64,000 nucleotides of DNA, from contig JAYWIR010000034.1 of NCBI GenBank assembly GCA_036172245.1, forward strand, positions 62,001 through 126,000. Reading direction: 5' to 3'. Below the pieces are notes generated by a model, which saw nothing but the letters and a program-made list of their open reading frames with translations, ran no database searches and was not told the origin of the DNA. The position numbers were made by a program, and so were the translations under genes. This DNA comes from Raillietiella orientalis (Eukaryota). Every line of letters starts with the position of its first letter. The stretch's first letter is position 1. Below are positions 11,790-24,273 of the stretch, piece after piece.

Positions 11790-14015
11790 TTCTCCTGGTA
11801 GCTCGTTTCCTTCTTCAGTACTTTCCAGTCGCAGAGTAGCGTCCCAGGAGTTGTTTTCCTTCCTCCACACGTTTTGCTGAGCGCGTGCTGGGAAATCTCC
11901 TTCCTGTACTAAAGTCTCTTGCCACACAAAAGGCAGTTTGTGCGGTTTCCACAGGTTGGTGACGGCATCGAGGATTCTTTTTGTCCCCACAGTTTTTGTG
12001 GGTTTCTTCGCGCGCGCCTTCGTGTTTGCAGCCTCTGCTGGATTTCCCTCTCGCGAATTATCTTTCAAAGTGTGCTCCTCCTTGTTACAACTTTAACATT
12101 CTGTATAGAGACACCTCCTCTTGCGGTGGTCCAAACGCTGTCGCAGCTGGCACACATTTGGGTCTTGTTTGCAGACTACAGATCGATGAATTCCTCGCCG
12201 ACTTGCAACCTATGAGGTATCCCCACGGTAATGCGCACTACCGCGAAGCCGCTGGAAAGTTTCTCGTAACCAGGAGAGAGATTCGCCTTTCCCTGCAGCT
12301 CGTAAACCGTTCCAGAAACTCACAGTTCTCGCGTCATGTGGCCGTTCGTCATGCATCACTGCAGATCAATTCCATATTCTTATCTCCGCGTAACACACCT
12401 AGGGCCCTTTAAGCTCTTCCTGATTCATGCTAACCCTGCACAGCTCTTCTGAGAAGGGGCACGCAGTAGCAGGGGGACAAAGCCACTCACTTTGTAGATG
12501 AGCGATGAGCGTGGTCTTGTATCCCTTGTATCCCTGGACTCCGTCAGGGAGGCGCTGTTTTCTGCCAATGATTCCGGCATCTCTGCTGCTGCCACCTGAT
12601 CCCACAACTTGACTTGGAGACAAGTCGAAACTGTGGAGGCTGACTCCTCCAATTCCATTTCCCGGATCGGGAAGCTATCGCTCTTCTTCCCTGGGAGTCT
12701 GCTGTGGTTTTTTCAGCCACCATCGACAGGCAAACACTGCTACTCCCCTAAGACGAACCACACAAGGAACACCAGCTGGAGCTCACCACAGAGCTGCAGA
12801 AACCACGTCAGTCTGCTGTTTTAGGCAGTTTTCTCTTCCGACTGCAGCATTGTTGGCGATAATCCCAAGCGGGAGCACGGGGACGGTGTCTGGGAAGCAG
12901 GCGATGTCGTCGCTGCTTCCCAGACAGGGCGCTTATTTCTTACAACAAATATGCAAACAAAAGCAGCGGCAGGACTCCAGGTCCTACCGCGTCCAAATTC
13001 GCTCGGAAACACGCCAAGTCCGATGTTGTTGCAGAACTTGTGCTGCACTGGTTCCTGCTCCAGGAAGTCATCGTTCATTCCAGCAGGAGAGCGTGGACAG
13101 AGCGAACCTTCCTTGCTGTAGCGCTGCTCTCTCTGAAGAAGCAGACTGGCAGCAGCCTGCCAGCAAGATGGGAGATCGTTTGCGAACTGAGATGCAGAAG
13201 GAAAACGTTAGGTGCGTGGACCATGGGTCATCTGGGTGATTCTGTGGTTCCGAGTGCTCCACCTAAAGGACTTTTGTGCTGGACTGAGCTGCTAGGAATT
13301 CCCCTGGAAGGCCTCGAGTCGCTCCCAGTGCTATGGAACACTCGTACCCTCCCACTTAAGCTGCAGGAGCCAGCGATTCTTCTGGTTCTCCCACCCAGCT
13401 CCCACAGACATCACTGGACCCAGGACTGTATTCGCCCGAACTGTAGCAGCTTCAGGGAACGAGAATCCCTCTCGCGCCTGCTTGAGGATTGTGTTGCTTT
13501 TCGCTACCTATGGGAACGTTTTGCTACGACCCTGGGAACCCTCGAAAGCAATTCCAGGGACGCATTGATAACCCTCCTCGTAAGCAACGCCTTTCGGCGA
13601 GCAGCCTCGCTAGCAGCTTTCTGCTGCCTAAGAAGGACTGTGGCTGTCCGGACATGGATGCCATCCACTTTGCGGTCCGCTTCCTGAGAATGGCATCAAG
13701 ATGACCACATCCTGGAAATATGCAGCCTGAACTGCCTGACATCCTTTAAAAAATGCAGAGGATGCCCCTAAGCGGACAGCGATTTCTTCCCAAACCCTCG
13801 AGAGTGTTTTTCAAATTACTTTATTCCTTCTTTAATTTTGTTTTCTTTTTGTTTGCTTCCGTCCTCTCTGCTGTCCAGATGATCCGCTCTGGCCTGCATA
13901 CCGGCAACCCTGCAGGTCCTTTGACGGGATGGACGCGGTTGAAGAGATCGTTCTAACACTGCCTTTGCGCGTTTGTTCGCTGCAGGAAACGCACCGACGC
14001 AACCGGGTGAGATAA
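11790..14015 (+). mobile_element. Internally deleted Tx1/L1-like LINE: ORF1 with two decayed CCHC knuckles, APE, RT thumb remnant, 3' tail
   Basis: GKFLVTRREIRLSL; SEKGHAVA and RRCF..RHLC knuckle remnants; FLLQEV and HLGDS APE remnants; LLPKKDCGCPDM (PK..GGLG.P-like); family tail block at ~13750 and terminal motif AAACGCACCGACGCAACCGGGTGAGATAA at 13987-14015. Confidence 0.65.
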
Positions 14016-14300
14016 GGAATGACCCCGGAGCTTTGACCAGGGAGGTTCACCTCTGCAACAGAGGGGAGGAGAACAAAACGAAAAAGAAAGCAAAATGATA
14101 ATAAATAAGCAAAACTTCTTCAATAAATACGAAAACGTTCAGGTGGTGGTAGGGTTCCGGAAGGGGACACGGTCTGTTGGGCGGTGCTTCCTGCTCTTAA
14201 AGCAGCAGCAACCCTTGAGTCTTCCTTCGACTTTTTGTCATGGGAAGATGCTCCCTTCCTTTCCAGCTCGCTTCCCTCTTCTCGAGGCTGATCTGCTCCC
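14016..14300 (-). mobile_element. Same-family 3' tail fragment in inverted orientation
   Basis: rc acagaccgtgtccccttccggaaccct...ttttgctttctttttcgttttgttctcctcccctctgttgcag aligns with plus-strand gcggacagcgatttcttcccaaaccct...ttttgttttctttttgtttgcttccgtcctctctgctgtccag (13772-13878). Confidence 0.55.
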
Positions 14301-14329
14301 ACTCTCGAGCTTTTTTTTTTCTCCTTCTC

Positions 14330-15800
14330 TACCTTAGTTCTGGTGTCTGCTGCTTATCCTCCTATTGCTTCTTTGCCAGAAGGTTTCTCGATAGCGCAGG
14401 AGGACTCAGAGGACTTGTTCGTTCCTGAGCCTCTTTTTCTTCCCCGTATTTTCCTTCCTGGCTATCCTGGCCACTTTGGGGCACACAGAGCCTTGATGTG
14501 GGACAAAGGTGGCCCTAGGCGAAAGTGCATTATCACGAGGCACTCTCTTGCTGTGTCCCTGGACCTCAGCCTGCAGGGGCCGCGCACTTTTGCCTCCCCG
14601 ACGAACCACAGGCTTACCGAATTCCCGCCTACCTTCATCTTGTCATGGAGAGCCCCTCCTTCTCTCCTCGTGGCACTTGCCCTGCGGCCAAACTACTGAA
14701 AATCCTTTCGAAACCGCGGAATGAGTTTGGATTGGTTCCCCAGCGCGTCCACGGCTGCAGATGTGGGAATGACCTTCTGCCGGTTCATCCGGTGGACGGT
14801 TTCTGTGAAACGGATCCACTGCGATCGAGAGGTCCTGGATCACAGGGAATAGCATGCGGGCTCCTGCGGTAATGAGGTTCTCAACAGTGGGCGAGCCGCA
14901 GCTGCATCTTTGTAATTGGACTCAACGACGCCCCCCCTTCCCTTCCGATGAGGGTGGACAGCAACACATTCCTTTCGCTACACAAGCTCTGACCCCTGTA
15001 CTGCCGCATTCCCCGTTTACATCGCTTCACTCACCCGGTAAGTCAGGGTCCGCTACCAGTTTCCAAGAGACTCCTGAGGAGCTCGGTCTTTCCCATCATG
15101 CCTTCTGAGGCTGCAGACTTCCTCGCCCGCGATAGGTCCTTCGTTACTGGCAAGAGACCTCATGAGCCACCGCAGGAAACGCTGCACCACAGAAACTCGC
15201 AGAAACACGAGGTGGACCTTTTCCAGGAGTTCATGAAGAATACTTCCTCTCAGTAGCGCGACGACGGGCGCTACTGGACGAGAGGGAAAACGAGTCCAGT
15301 AACTATGCTAGGTGGGTAGGGATGGATCAACTCTCGCACCTGCTTCTGTACCGAGAGCAGTACCTTCCTAGGGGATAGGAACAAGTAGCAGCAGACCCCC
15401 TGTATCCGAAGAATCTTTCTCTCGACAGTGTCTGCAACGGCTTCATGTGTCACGAAGAATCATTGACCACCGTATTGCTGGAGGTGGTATGCCGCATCAT
15501 CCGTGCAACAGTCGTGAATCTCTACGTGATGCAGCGGCAGCATCGGAGGACGGCCAGTTGCTCACCTCCGTCCCGAAATCAAGGAAAGCGCCGTACGGAT
15601 GACAGGAAAGCTGTAAGAAACACCCAGTGACTGTCCCTTTCTTCTTCCTCCTGGATTATCCCTTGCCCCAGAAACGATCAACGTTTGCTCTTGGTGTACC
15701 CTCACACCGTGTATGTATTCATTTATTTTATCCTTCACTATCATCTTGACTTCTCCGTACTGAGAATTTTTTTCTTGGCTACCGACCTGCATGTCGGTGC
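14330..15800 (+). mobile_element. Decayed L1/Tx1-like RT to 3' end fragment
   Basis: AVSLDLS (SLD..KAFD-like), EFPPTFILSW (GFP..F..W), VHGCR (GVRQGC-like), C..C..EES zinc-finger remnant, then a T-rich tail. Confidence 0.55.
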
Positions 15801-15849
15801 TCCGCGGCTCTTGCTACTACATGTGCTTACCTGGTTTGAACAAACGTCT

Positions 15850-17453
15850 TATGGACATGACTCGGTTTAAAGCAGTCTCATGCTGCTCCTGCGGAAAGAA
15901 GCTGGAAAGTCTTCCTTCTTGCTAGATCTATAGTGCCATTCCGTGGAGCAGACGCCGGTAGGCATTAGCGCTGATAGTGCGGGATGGGTACAGTATCAGT
16001 TCCCTCCTCCAGACTCTTTTGCAGCCCTACAAAAATCTCCTTAATGTCCCCCAGTGAGGAAGCCATCCATCATCTTGCGCTGCTTCTGTTGATTCACGTC
16101 CTTGCGATGCAGTCGTGTAGGTTGTCATGTTCCACCTCGCTAAAGTTTTCTCCTTGGACGTGGTTCGTAGAATAGCACTCGAAAGTGTCCACCATACCCC
16201 CCCCCCTCCCCACGTGAGACGGATTCGGTCTCCGTATTGGATGCAGAAGTTATCGGAGACGGTGTTTCTCTTTTCCAACATCCGAATTTTTTCATTTTAC
16301 TCTAATGCATGCAAATCCACTCTAGTTCCAGTACTTCGAATAGGAGAGGTCACGGATGCTCAATCTCTCGGTACGCCTGCATTCTCAAGTTCCTGTCGAC
16401 ATACTGCATCTCAGCAGGATAGGTAGACAATGTGATTCGATGCAGTCCACGCCGTGGATGGGTCGAGTTGCTTACAGTCGCCTCGATGATTTCCCGATGG
16501 CACAGTAACCTATTGGAGATGTGGGAGTTTTTCTGCTCCATCGCGGGAAGGACGAAGCTGCTTGGTGGCCGGAAGACGCACGAGGTGGTGGATGCTGGCA
16601 CTTCTCGTGCTGTGGGGACAGGAGTCCTTCGGTGGAGTGAACCTTTGAGTGTCGCCTCCAAGGAACTTGTGGTTTCTCTCCAATGCCTGGATGCTTCTGT
16701 GTTCCCGCTCTCCTGGAAACAGGTTGTGCTGCTTTTTATTCACTAGGGATTCTACAGTGCAACGTGCTCCGGCATCCTCGTTTTCTCATGGGTGGCATTC
16801 CCGAACTGTGCCAGGCTGCCTTTGGACTGCAGTGCCTCCAGGAACTGTGGCGGAAGCTGACATCAGCACTCCTGCATCAGGACACCACCCGAGATGTGCT
16901 GCGACGGTTCTTTGCGCCGGGGGGACTATCGACGGGCGCGGTAATCGTAACTAAGAGTTGCATCCGTGCCATCGTTACGGCCCACCATGTGCTCGAGACG
17001 ACCACGCAGCTAAGAGAGGTCACCGGGATTGCAGCCACCTACATGGACGGTGGTCTCACCTGGAAGAAGAAGTGAAAAAGATCACCGGCATCCTGCGCCG
17101 GTTTTGAAAGGAAGGAACGGCGGACACCGATGATCGTTGTCCCTAGCCTCCCTTTATTTACTTCTTTTTTTTGTTGCCCACTCCCTTTCGCCCCGGACTT
17201 TTCCTAGCATTTAATACATTTCTCCCGGTGTCTGCGGAGCGAACCCAAAGACCTTCTCCAGTCTCTCCAGATTTCCTCGTTTTGGGGGTTACCCTCCATT
17301 CCCTCTCCTCCTTCCCGTTTCGGATTTTCGGATATCCCACCCTGAGTGTCGATGGACCGTCCCTCTAAAATTCTTTTGTTTCCTGTTAGGGACTGTATTT
17401 CCAACTCGTCTATTTTTTATAAAATAAATGCCCAAGCGTGACCGGGTGAAAAA
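15850..17453 (+). mobile_element. Decayed L1/Tx1-like ORF2 C-terminal part and 3' tail
   Basis: zf-RVT-like segment (QC..ELWRKLTSALL..DVLRRFF) similar to the 35.4-35.8 kb copy; ends AATAAATGCCCAAGCGTGACCGGGTGAAAAA (17423-17453). Confidence 0.7.
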
Positions 17454-17494
17454 CTTTTTGGTGGCACGGGTGTCTCCGCCCGGGTTACCTCTGG

Positions 17495-18060
17495 AGCGTT
17501 TTCCGTCCTGATGATGAACTGTAAGGGGAGACTCTAGAGAAAGGTTCGAGTATCTTGGAAATCCTGCGGGAATTATCAACATTCTCGTCGAACAGAACAC
17601 GGTCGATAGTTTCCGGCTTGCATTCAGCCATTCCAGTATGCATTCTCCACACTTCTGCCGATAGGTCCTCTCCCTTCGCCAAATATTGCGGAACCCTCAC
17701 TTATGCTGGATGTTCAGATAGCTCACGACGACGATGTTCTTCGGAGCGATCTCCGTCAGAAGAAGTCTACGCAGAGATTCCGTGCGTCGTTCCTTATTCT
17801 GATGGGCTCCATATGAATTCACCAAGAACAGGTAGATACATCGATTTTCCATCCAGATCAGGACATACTACCTCCCGTAAGGCCGCCTTTTTGATGTCTT
17901 GCTGGTTTCACATGAGGTCTTGTTGCGCCATTGATGCCACCGATTTTCCTTCCAGTTGCAATCACTATTGCTGCTTTTTGGATTCTTTTAACTTGTTCCC
18001 CAGCCCTTGGCAGAAGAAAAACCTCAGTACAGTTGACTGGTTGAGTGTATGAGCCTTTCA
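17495..18060 (+). mobile_element. LINE ORF2 APE endonuclease N-terminal relic
   Basis: SVLMMNCKG..ILEILRE..INILVEQ resembles the APE start 'S.N+.GL....K...+...L....DI+.LQET'. Confidence 0.45.
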
Positions 18061-21000
18061 CTAGAACAGACTTCGAAGCTGCCCTGGCAACTTGTACACC
18101 CTAAGGCGATTACGATGCATTAAGCAATGCTATGCCAACAGTTGTATGGTTGCAGCGTTCTTTACAGCAGTTTTGCAGCAGTTTTGAAAGAAAGGTCTTC
18201 TCAATTCATAAAGAAGTGAATGATTTTGTAAACTTTACTTTCAAGAAGTGAATCGGAATCATTGAGAAATTGATGGAACTCGATAAAGAGTTCAACAGTC
18301 ATGATCTGTCTTCTGTTTTCAATGTGCTCTCCTTGTTCACACCATCCAAATTCAAAGTGTAAGGATTTGTTCACAGACATAGAGTGTAAATTGACTTATA
18401 ATTTGAATAAATCCAAAACAAAAAAAAATACTGCAGTAAAGTGAAACAGAATACAAATGCCGTAACTCTTGAATATTTTCGCTTTCTCTTGCTAGAGAAA
18501 ATCTGATTTCCGAAATCTCTATATAATAAGGATAGATTTTGAGGGGGGGGGGGGAACTCTGAAAAGTATTAAAAATAAGAAATAAAAAATCTGACAAATT
18601 TTCAGATTGCTCAAAAGATAGGATTGATTACGTTTCTCAGACTTTTAAACTTCTTTCATTCGTGCCAACTTTAAACTGAAACCTCATAGACGAATATTAT
18701 ACATAAAACCGCAAGCACACATAGAGTTCACATTAGAAACAGTTCATTCGATGAGATTGGATTAGTTCGTTATCCTGCTCTGTGTTTTTGCAGGAACATT
18801 TCTGTGGTCATATTTTACACGAACCAAGAGACCGCCTTTGGTCTTCTGTAACATTATCAGTATTATCGATCACAGTTATGTTGCTGCATCAATCATTTTA
18901 TCGATTTGCTGCGAAACAGAGTAGTAGAATCCTAATTTTTCAACTAGCAGGTTACCCATTATTTCATCATCTACTGTGTTCTCTTCCTGTTTTTTTTTTC
19001 CCTCGGATTCTTTGTTTTAGAACATTTGAGGGCTTCGCAGTGGGCTCAGTGATTAACGCTAAGGTTTGTTTTCACGCAGCAGCGCAAATGTTATCTTGAA
19101 AACTGTGCATCTGCCTGCTCATTTTCGACCTCTACGTGATTGTACATATATGCCCCACCTGTTCCAACCTAATATCCTTGGGTTCTAAGAGTCCCCTTCC
19201 GACTTTTTTTTTTTTTTGTCTTCAGATCGAATCTTTTGTTTCTCGGACGAAAGCTGGAGGAGATCGTTTTTTGTGCTCGCTTTCGAGTTCGGTTATTGCA
19301 AGATCCATGTGACTGAATTCATATATATCACTTGAATCCATGTTTTGCTCCGGACTTCCATGAATATTGCAACTTTTACTGGGATCAGTGCAAATAGGAA
19401 ATAGGAAAGCCAAGTCCCATTCCATGAACTTGAGTTCTCATACTTCCTGGAAGTTTCAAGAACTTTTTCTTCTTTAACAATCCTGCCAGAAAGTATTTCA
19501 TTCGATTATGCTCTTTCCCCTTGGATTATACCTTTCCTTCAGGAAAGTCAGTCACCGACTCATGAATGATGGAACGCATGCTGCTTCGATATAATCCCAA
19601 GACCGTTCATACCTGGAGATTCCGAAAATTTCAGTCCTGCTCATTTCGATGATGCCAGATGTTCATTATTTTCTGTTGCACATGGCTTTTAAGTTCATGA
19701 AGTTTTGCCTCTTCCTTTTTTGTATCTCAATCAAATCAGTCTTGCATTCGATCTCTGACTTTGAGAAGTATGAAGAGTTCGTCTTTCGCTGACTAAAATG
19801 TCAATGAAAACTTTATAAAGGTGCGAATATGTATTTTGATTTTGATGTTAGTTTGTTATGGTAACTTTTCCTCTACCAGAGATTTTACCTCCACGTTTTA
19901 CCTAAACGTTGCAATCAGCAGTCCCTCGGTATTCGTGTGTAAGCTGCCAACAGATTTGTTACAGTGTCGCCAACAGAAATCAAAGTTCCATTATCGTCCT
20001 CAGTGTACAAATCAGTAAGAGGAATGATATAACTCGGCGAGATCCTACATTAACGTACTACATTAACGTCCAGAATTTCGCGATCAAATGATCGTAAACG
20101 TGAATGAGACAGAAGTAAACCTCTCTTGGCAAAAAGCAGTCGGTGCTTTACTATTTGCATCCCGTGGATTATCAGAATCTTAGAAGATCGACGCACCGCG
20201 GGTTCTATTCCGTCATGTCTGAGGGAGAAAGAAATATAATTCCACTGATTCAGGAAACGAATGATATCTTACCACGAAAGCCCGATAGGTTGAACTTTGA
20301 AGAATCATCGAGTGACTAGCCGATTTTCTTAATCTTAACTCCCTCTCTTATCCAAATTGCAAATAATTTCGGCTTGAAATGAAAATCATGGTACATGTTG
20401 AGCTAACAAAAAGCCAAGTTTCTTGATCTTTTGTTTATTTTTTTGAAACCATACAATCACAAGGTGTGACTGCGTTCTGAGCACCACTGTTATTCATCTT
20501 CAGCCTATATCCTTAAGAATATTTGAGCTTTATAATACCTTTTAGGAATATTTGAAATTTGTGAATAGTTTATAGCCTGTCTTACATTGGATGCTTCTTG
20601 AATTAATGAAGAAAACACATCATGCTCATAAAATTCAGGAAACAGAAAGAACTTCAAAGATTTTAAATACTAAATATTCTTTCTCGTGAATCCGAATGAC
20701 AGCTAAAACTTTGGGAAGGGAATTCGCCCAAAATGCTTTCCCATCATATTTTCTGCATAGATTTTTGGTGACAAATCTCATTACTAATGCACATTAAAAA
20801 GATGATTACAAGGCAGAATGCTTACGCCGATATAAATATTTATGCTTCTAGATATTCTCCTATTTTTCGGCCTTGTTATGTTTCATTAAGAAATATTGTA
20901 TGCGAATAAGCCAGTTCCTTCTTCGAATTGGGAAATGCTTTTGGGTGATCTCGAGGTTTTAAACGAATGGCCGCACTCATATGAAATCCTCGAATGTTGA

Positions 21001-21387
21001 ATGCGCCCACGCATCTTCGAACCTTTTCAGGAAAACTTCCGAACTTCTGTGTTCGACGGCAAAAATCTTCCAAATGTGTGATAAGCATTTTGACAGGATT
21101 GGCAATCGCTATGCATTCTGCGGATCACACGTCCTTGCAGATCGACGTTTCACGTGGTAACCTAGGAAGGAGGAATCCCTCCAGCCTGTTCGGGAAGAGG
21201 CGCTCCCTGTCCAAGTGGACGGGAGACGGGGAGCGATGCCTGCAATTAGTTTGTTATTGAGCGCTCGGCGCCTGCATCTGGACCAGACGGCGCTCGCGGG
21301 TGTGCGCGCAGTTGCCCGCGCGCAGCAGCTGAGGAGCGTCGCCGGAGGTGAGCCGCCGCCTGCCGCAGGGAACGAAGTCGCAGCGCA

Positions 21388-23868
21388 ATGGGTGACGAGC
21401 TGAAGGCAGCCTCGGATAAGGTCGAGGAGATCGCAGACGCCAAGAAGGAAGTAGCCATGAAGGAGGAGACCAAAAACGAGATGAGGGCGGTCGTCCTGAC
21501 AGGATTCGGAGGCGTGAAGTCCGTGAAGGTGCAGAAAAAAAACTTGCCAACCCCGAAAAAAAACGAACTGTTGATTAAGGTAAAATCATGGTGAGTGAAT
21601 CCGTAAATTCTTGCACGCATTCTGATCCACAGTGTTAAGGATGTTAAGATGCTGGTTGCTCGAGCGAATGCGGTCTCTGAAGATACCATATGGTATCTTC
21701 AGACACGCAGAGCAACCGACTTCGTGTGCACAGTTTTACCAAGAGTTTCACGTATCGGAAATGTACCACGGTAATTTTGCCCTAAACGTACCTTAATAAC
21801 TCATCTTCGAGTTTTACACAAAAAAAAAACTGTGCACACGGTTACGGAAAGTAAACTATGCATATGGCGAGAAACAAAAACCGGCAACCAGATGCAAGTC
21901 ATTAGTGTTACTGTACATACAATGTTTGTTTTGACATCGCAAAAGTGTTGACAGACTGTGCGGAGTTTTGTGTTTACAAAGTAGTTCCTGTGCAATATTG
22001 GATTTTTCATACGTCGTGGTGATGTACGTACAGCCGAAATAAAAATTGAGTGACTTACGTCAATACCAATGTACGTGATTTTGTTTAAAAAATTGTTTGC
22101 TTACAAACGGATGCACATTGGATCGTGAGTGTAATTAATAAGGAAGCCCCACAGGGAATGTCGTCGTGCATTTTTCCCGAATTTAGGTTCATTCTCAGCG
22201 TGGAAGGAGTAACAATTAATTTCTATGATGTGATTCGTCATTATTTCTTAGCCTATTGATCCTTAGTCATGTTTCCGTTTTATGATTTATTCTCAATTTT
22301 TTTTTTTCAAATCTCATTCATATTGTTTCATTGATAGTCTAATATTCGACATTTGTGGTTCAAAATATTTTTTTTTTTTTTACTTTTAGTTTTGTGTATT
22401 TGATGTTTTGTGGTCTGCATAAAAACTTATGCATGTTTTCATTAGTAGTACTATAGCTACAGAACCAAACAAATGAAAAACCAATGTTATTATTCTAATA
22501 TACATGGCAAATGGTTTTAGTTACTACGCAAATTCTCTTTGTATATAGTGGATTGAACTTTCAAGATTTAATGGTTCGTCAAGGAGCAATCGACTCTCTT
22601 CCGAAAGCTCCATTCATTATGGGATTTGAATGTTCTGGAGTAGTTGAGTCCGTTGGAAGTGAGGTTACAAATTTTCAGGTGAGCAAGCTGGCTGAGTTAC
22701 GCAATTATGTGTGCGCAGATAGGTGACCGAGTCTTTGCTCTAACTGAATATCAAGCATGGGCTGAGTATGTAGCTTGTCCTGTACTATATGTGTACAAAT
22801 TGCCTGAAAAGATGACTTTTGAAGAAGCAACTGCTCTTACTCTGTGTTATGTAGTAGCTTATATCATTTTGTTTGAATTGGGCTGTCTAAGTCCAGGAAA
22901 AGTGGTCTTGCTCCACTCTGTTGGTGGAGGAGTGGTAAGATGGTCTCAGTGGATACACCAAATCGGATTTGTAATCAGGGTCAAGCTGTAGCACAGTTAT
23001 GTAAAACAGTGCAAGATGTAATTGTAGTTGGAGTGGCTTCTAGCTGCAAGCATGATGCTATCAAAGATTCAGTGACATTGCTCGTAGATCGAAATCAAGA
23101 TTATGTAACTGAAGTTAAGAAGTATGTATACAGTAAAGCAGAGCTGTCATTGAGTGATTTTGCAGACAGTATCCTGTTGGGGTAGATATTGTTTTGGATT
23201 GTCTGTGTGGAGAAGACTGTAATCGTGGCTATAGCCTATTGCGTCCAATGGGAAAATATATTTTATATGGTAAAGTTGTGTAATTATGTGCGTTCGTAGT
23301 TCATTTATCTTCATAGGTACATCCAACATTGTAACTGGGGAGACCAAGAGTTTCTTCACTATGGCCAAAGCTGTAAGTTTGAATTTGTGCAATTTATTGA
23401 GATTGATTCTTTGGGATAGTGGTGGCAAGTGGACAAAATATCACCTCTGAGACTGTATGATGAGAATCGCAGTATCAGTGGTTTTAGCTTGCGTCATTTG
23501 TTGTACCATCAACATCAGGAAGATTACATACGTCGGATTGTGGAAAAAGTATATGGTCTGTGGGAAAATGGACAGCTTAGTCCTCATATAGACTCCATCT
23601 GGGCGTTGGAAGATGTAAGTCCTTTAACTTTACATCATTGTAGACACACCAAAAGAACAGGTACCAGAAGCCATGCAGAAGATGCATGATAGAAAGAATG
23701 TAGGAAAACTACTTCTGGATCCAGAGCGTTCACCAGCTTCCCAGCAGCCTGAGGCTAAGCAGGCTGAAAATCAAAGCAATGGAAATGGAAATGAAGCAAA
23801 AGAGACTGCATCAAACGGTACTTTGATGTTTCAATTATAGCTTATCTGGTGTCTTAGATATCAAGTAA
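21388..23868 (+). CDS. VAT1L: Synaptic vesicle membrane protein VAT-1 homolog-like (MDR/quinone oxidoreductase family), ~404 aa, 9 exons
   Basis: Exons 21388-21590, 22549-22678, 22719-22934, 22979-23121, 23166-23269, 23317-23372, 23420-23614, 23661-23817, 23858-23868, all GT-AG and in phase. Motifs EMRAVVLTGFGG, CGLNFQDLMVRQG, GFECSG, LLHSVGGGVGQAV, WWQVDKISP, EAMQKMHDRKNVGK. The last 11-nt exon is uncertain (unspliced stop at 23840). Confidence 0.93.
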
Positions 23869-24267
23869 TACCTACTGCAACATTTGTGTTGTATTTTGGA
23901 ATTGTCACATTGTCTGCTGTTGTCTGCTATTGTTTACTGCCCTGAAGGCTGTTTGGAGTTTCCAGTTTGTTCTTGCAGTCGTAACTCCATCTGGTTTGTC
24001 ACTGTTTGCATCTTATGTTCCCTGTTTCCTAGCCAGAGGAACCTAGTTCACTCCAGAAATTTATTGCAGAAGCCTGCACCCTAAAGCAGTATAGAAATGC
24101 CATTAACATATCCAGTAATGTCTTTATAGCGAATGGTGTGGTGGTTCAAAATATAAATATTCAAAAGAAATATTTATTTTTCCTATTGGGTAGCATCAGA
24201 AAAAAATAATCTTGCTTCTAACTTGTGCACAAAAAAACATCATCCATCCCTGGCTTGTATTTGAATG

Positions 24268-24273
24268 AATAAA
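24268..24273 (+). promoter_or_regulatory. Probable VAT1L polyadenylation signal
   Basis: AATAAA ~400 nt after the stop, followed by a T-rich tract. Confidence 0.45.

Noticed and set aside
17508..17560. CTGATGA as a hammerhead ribozyme core
   Set aside because: No stem II followed by GAAA; the bases encode the APE start VLMMNCKG. Other CTGATGA hits checked (e.g. ~7371, ~54093, ~61910) also lack the full core.
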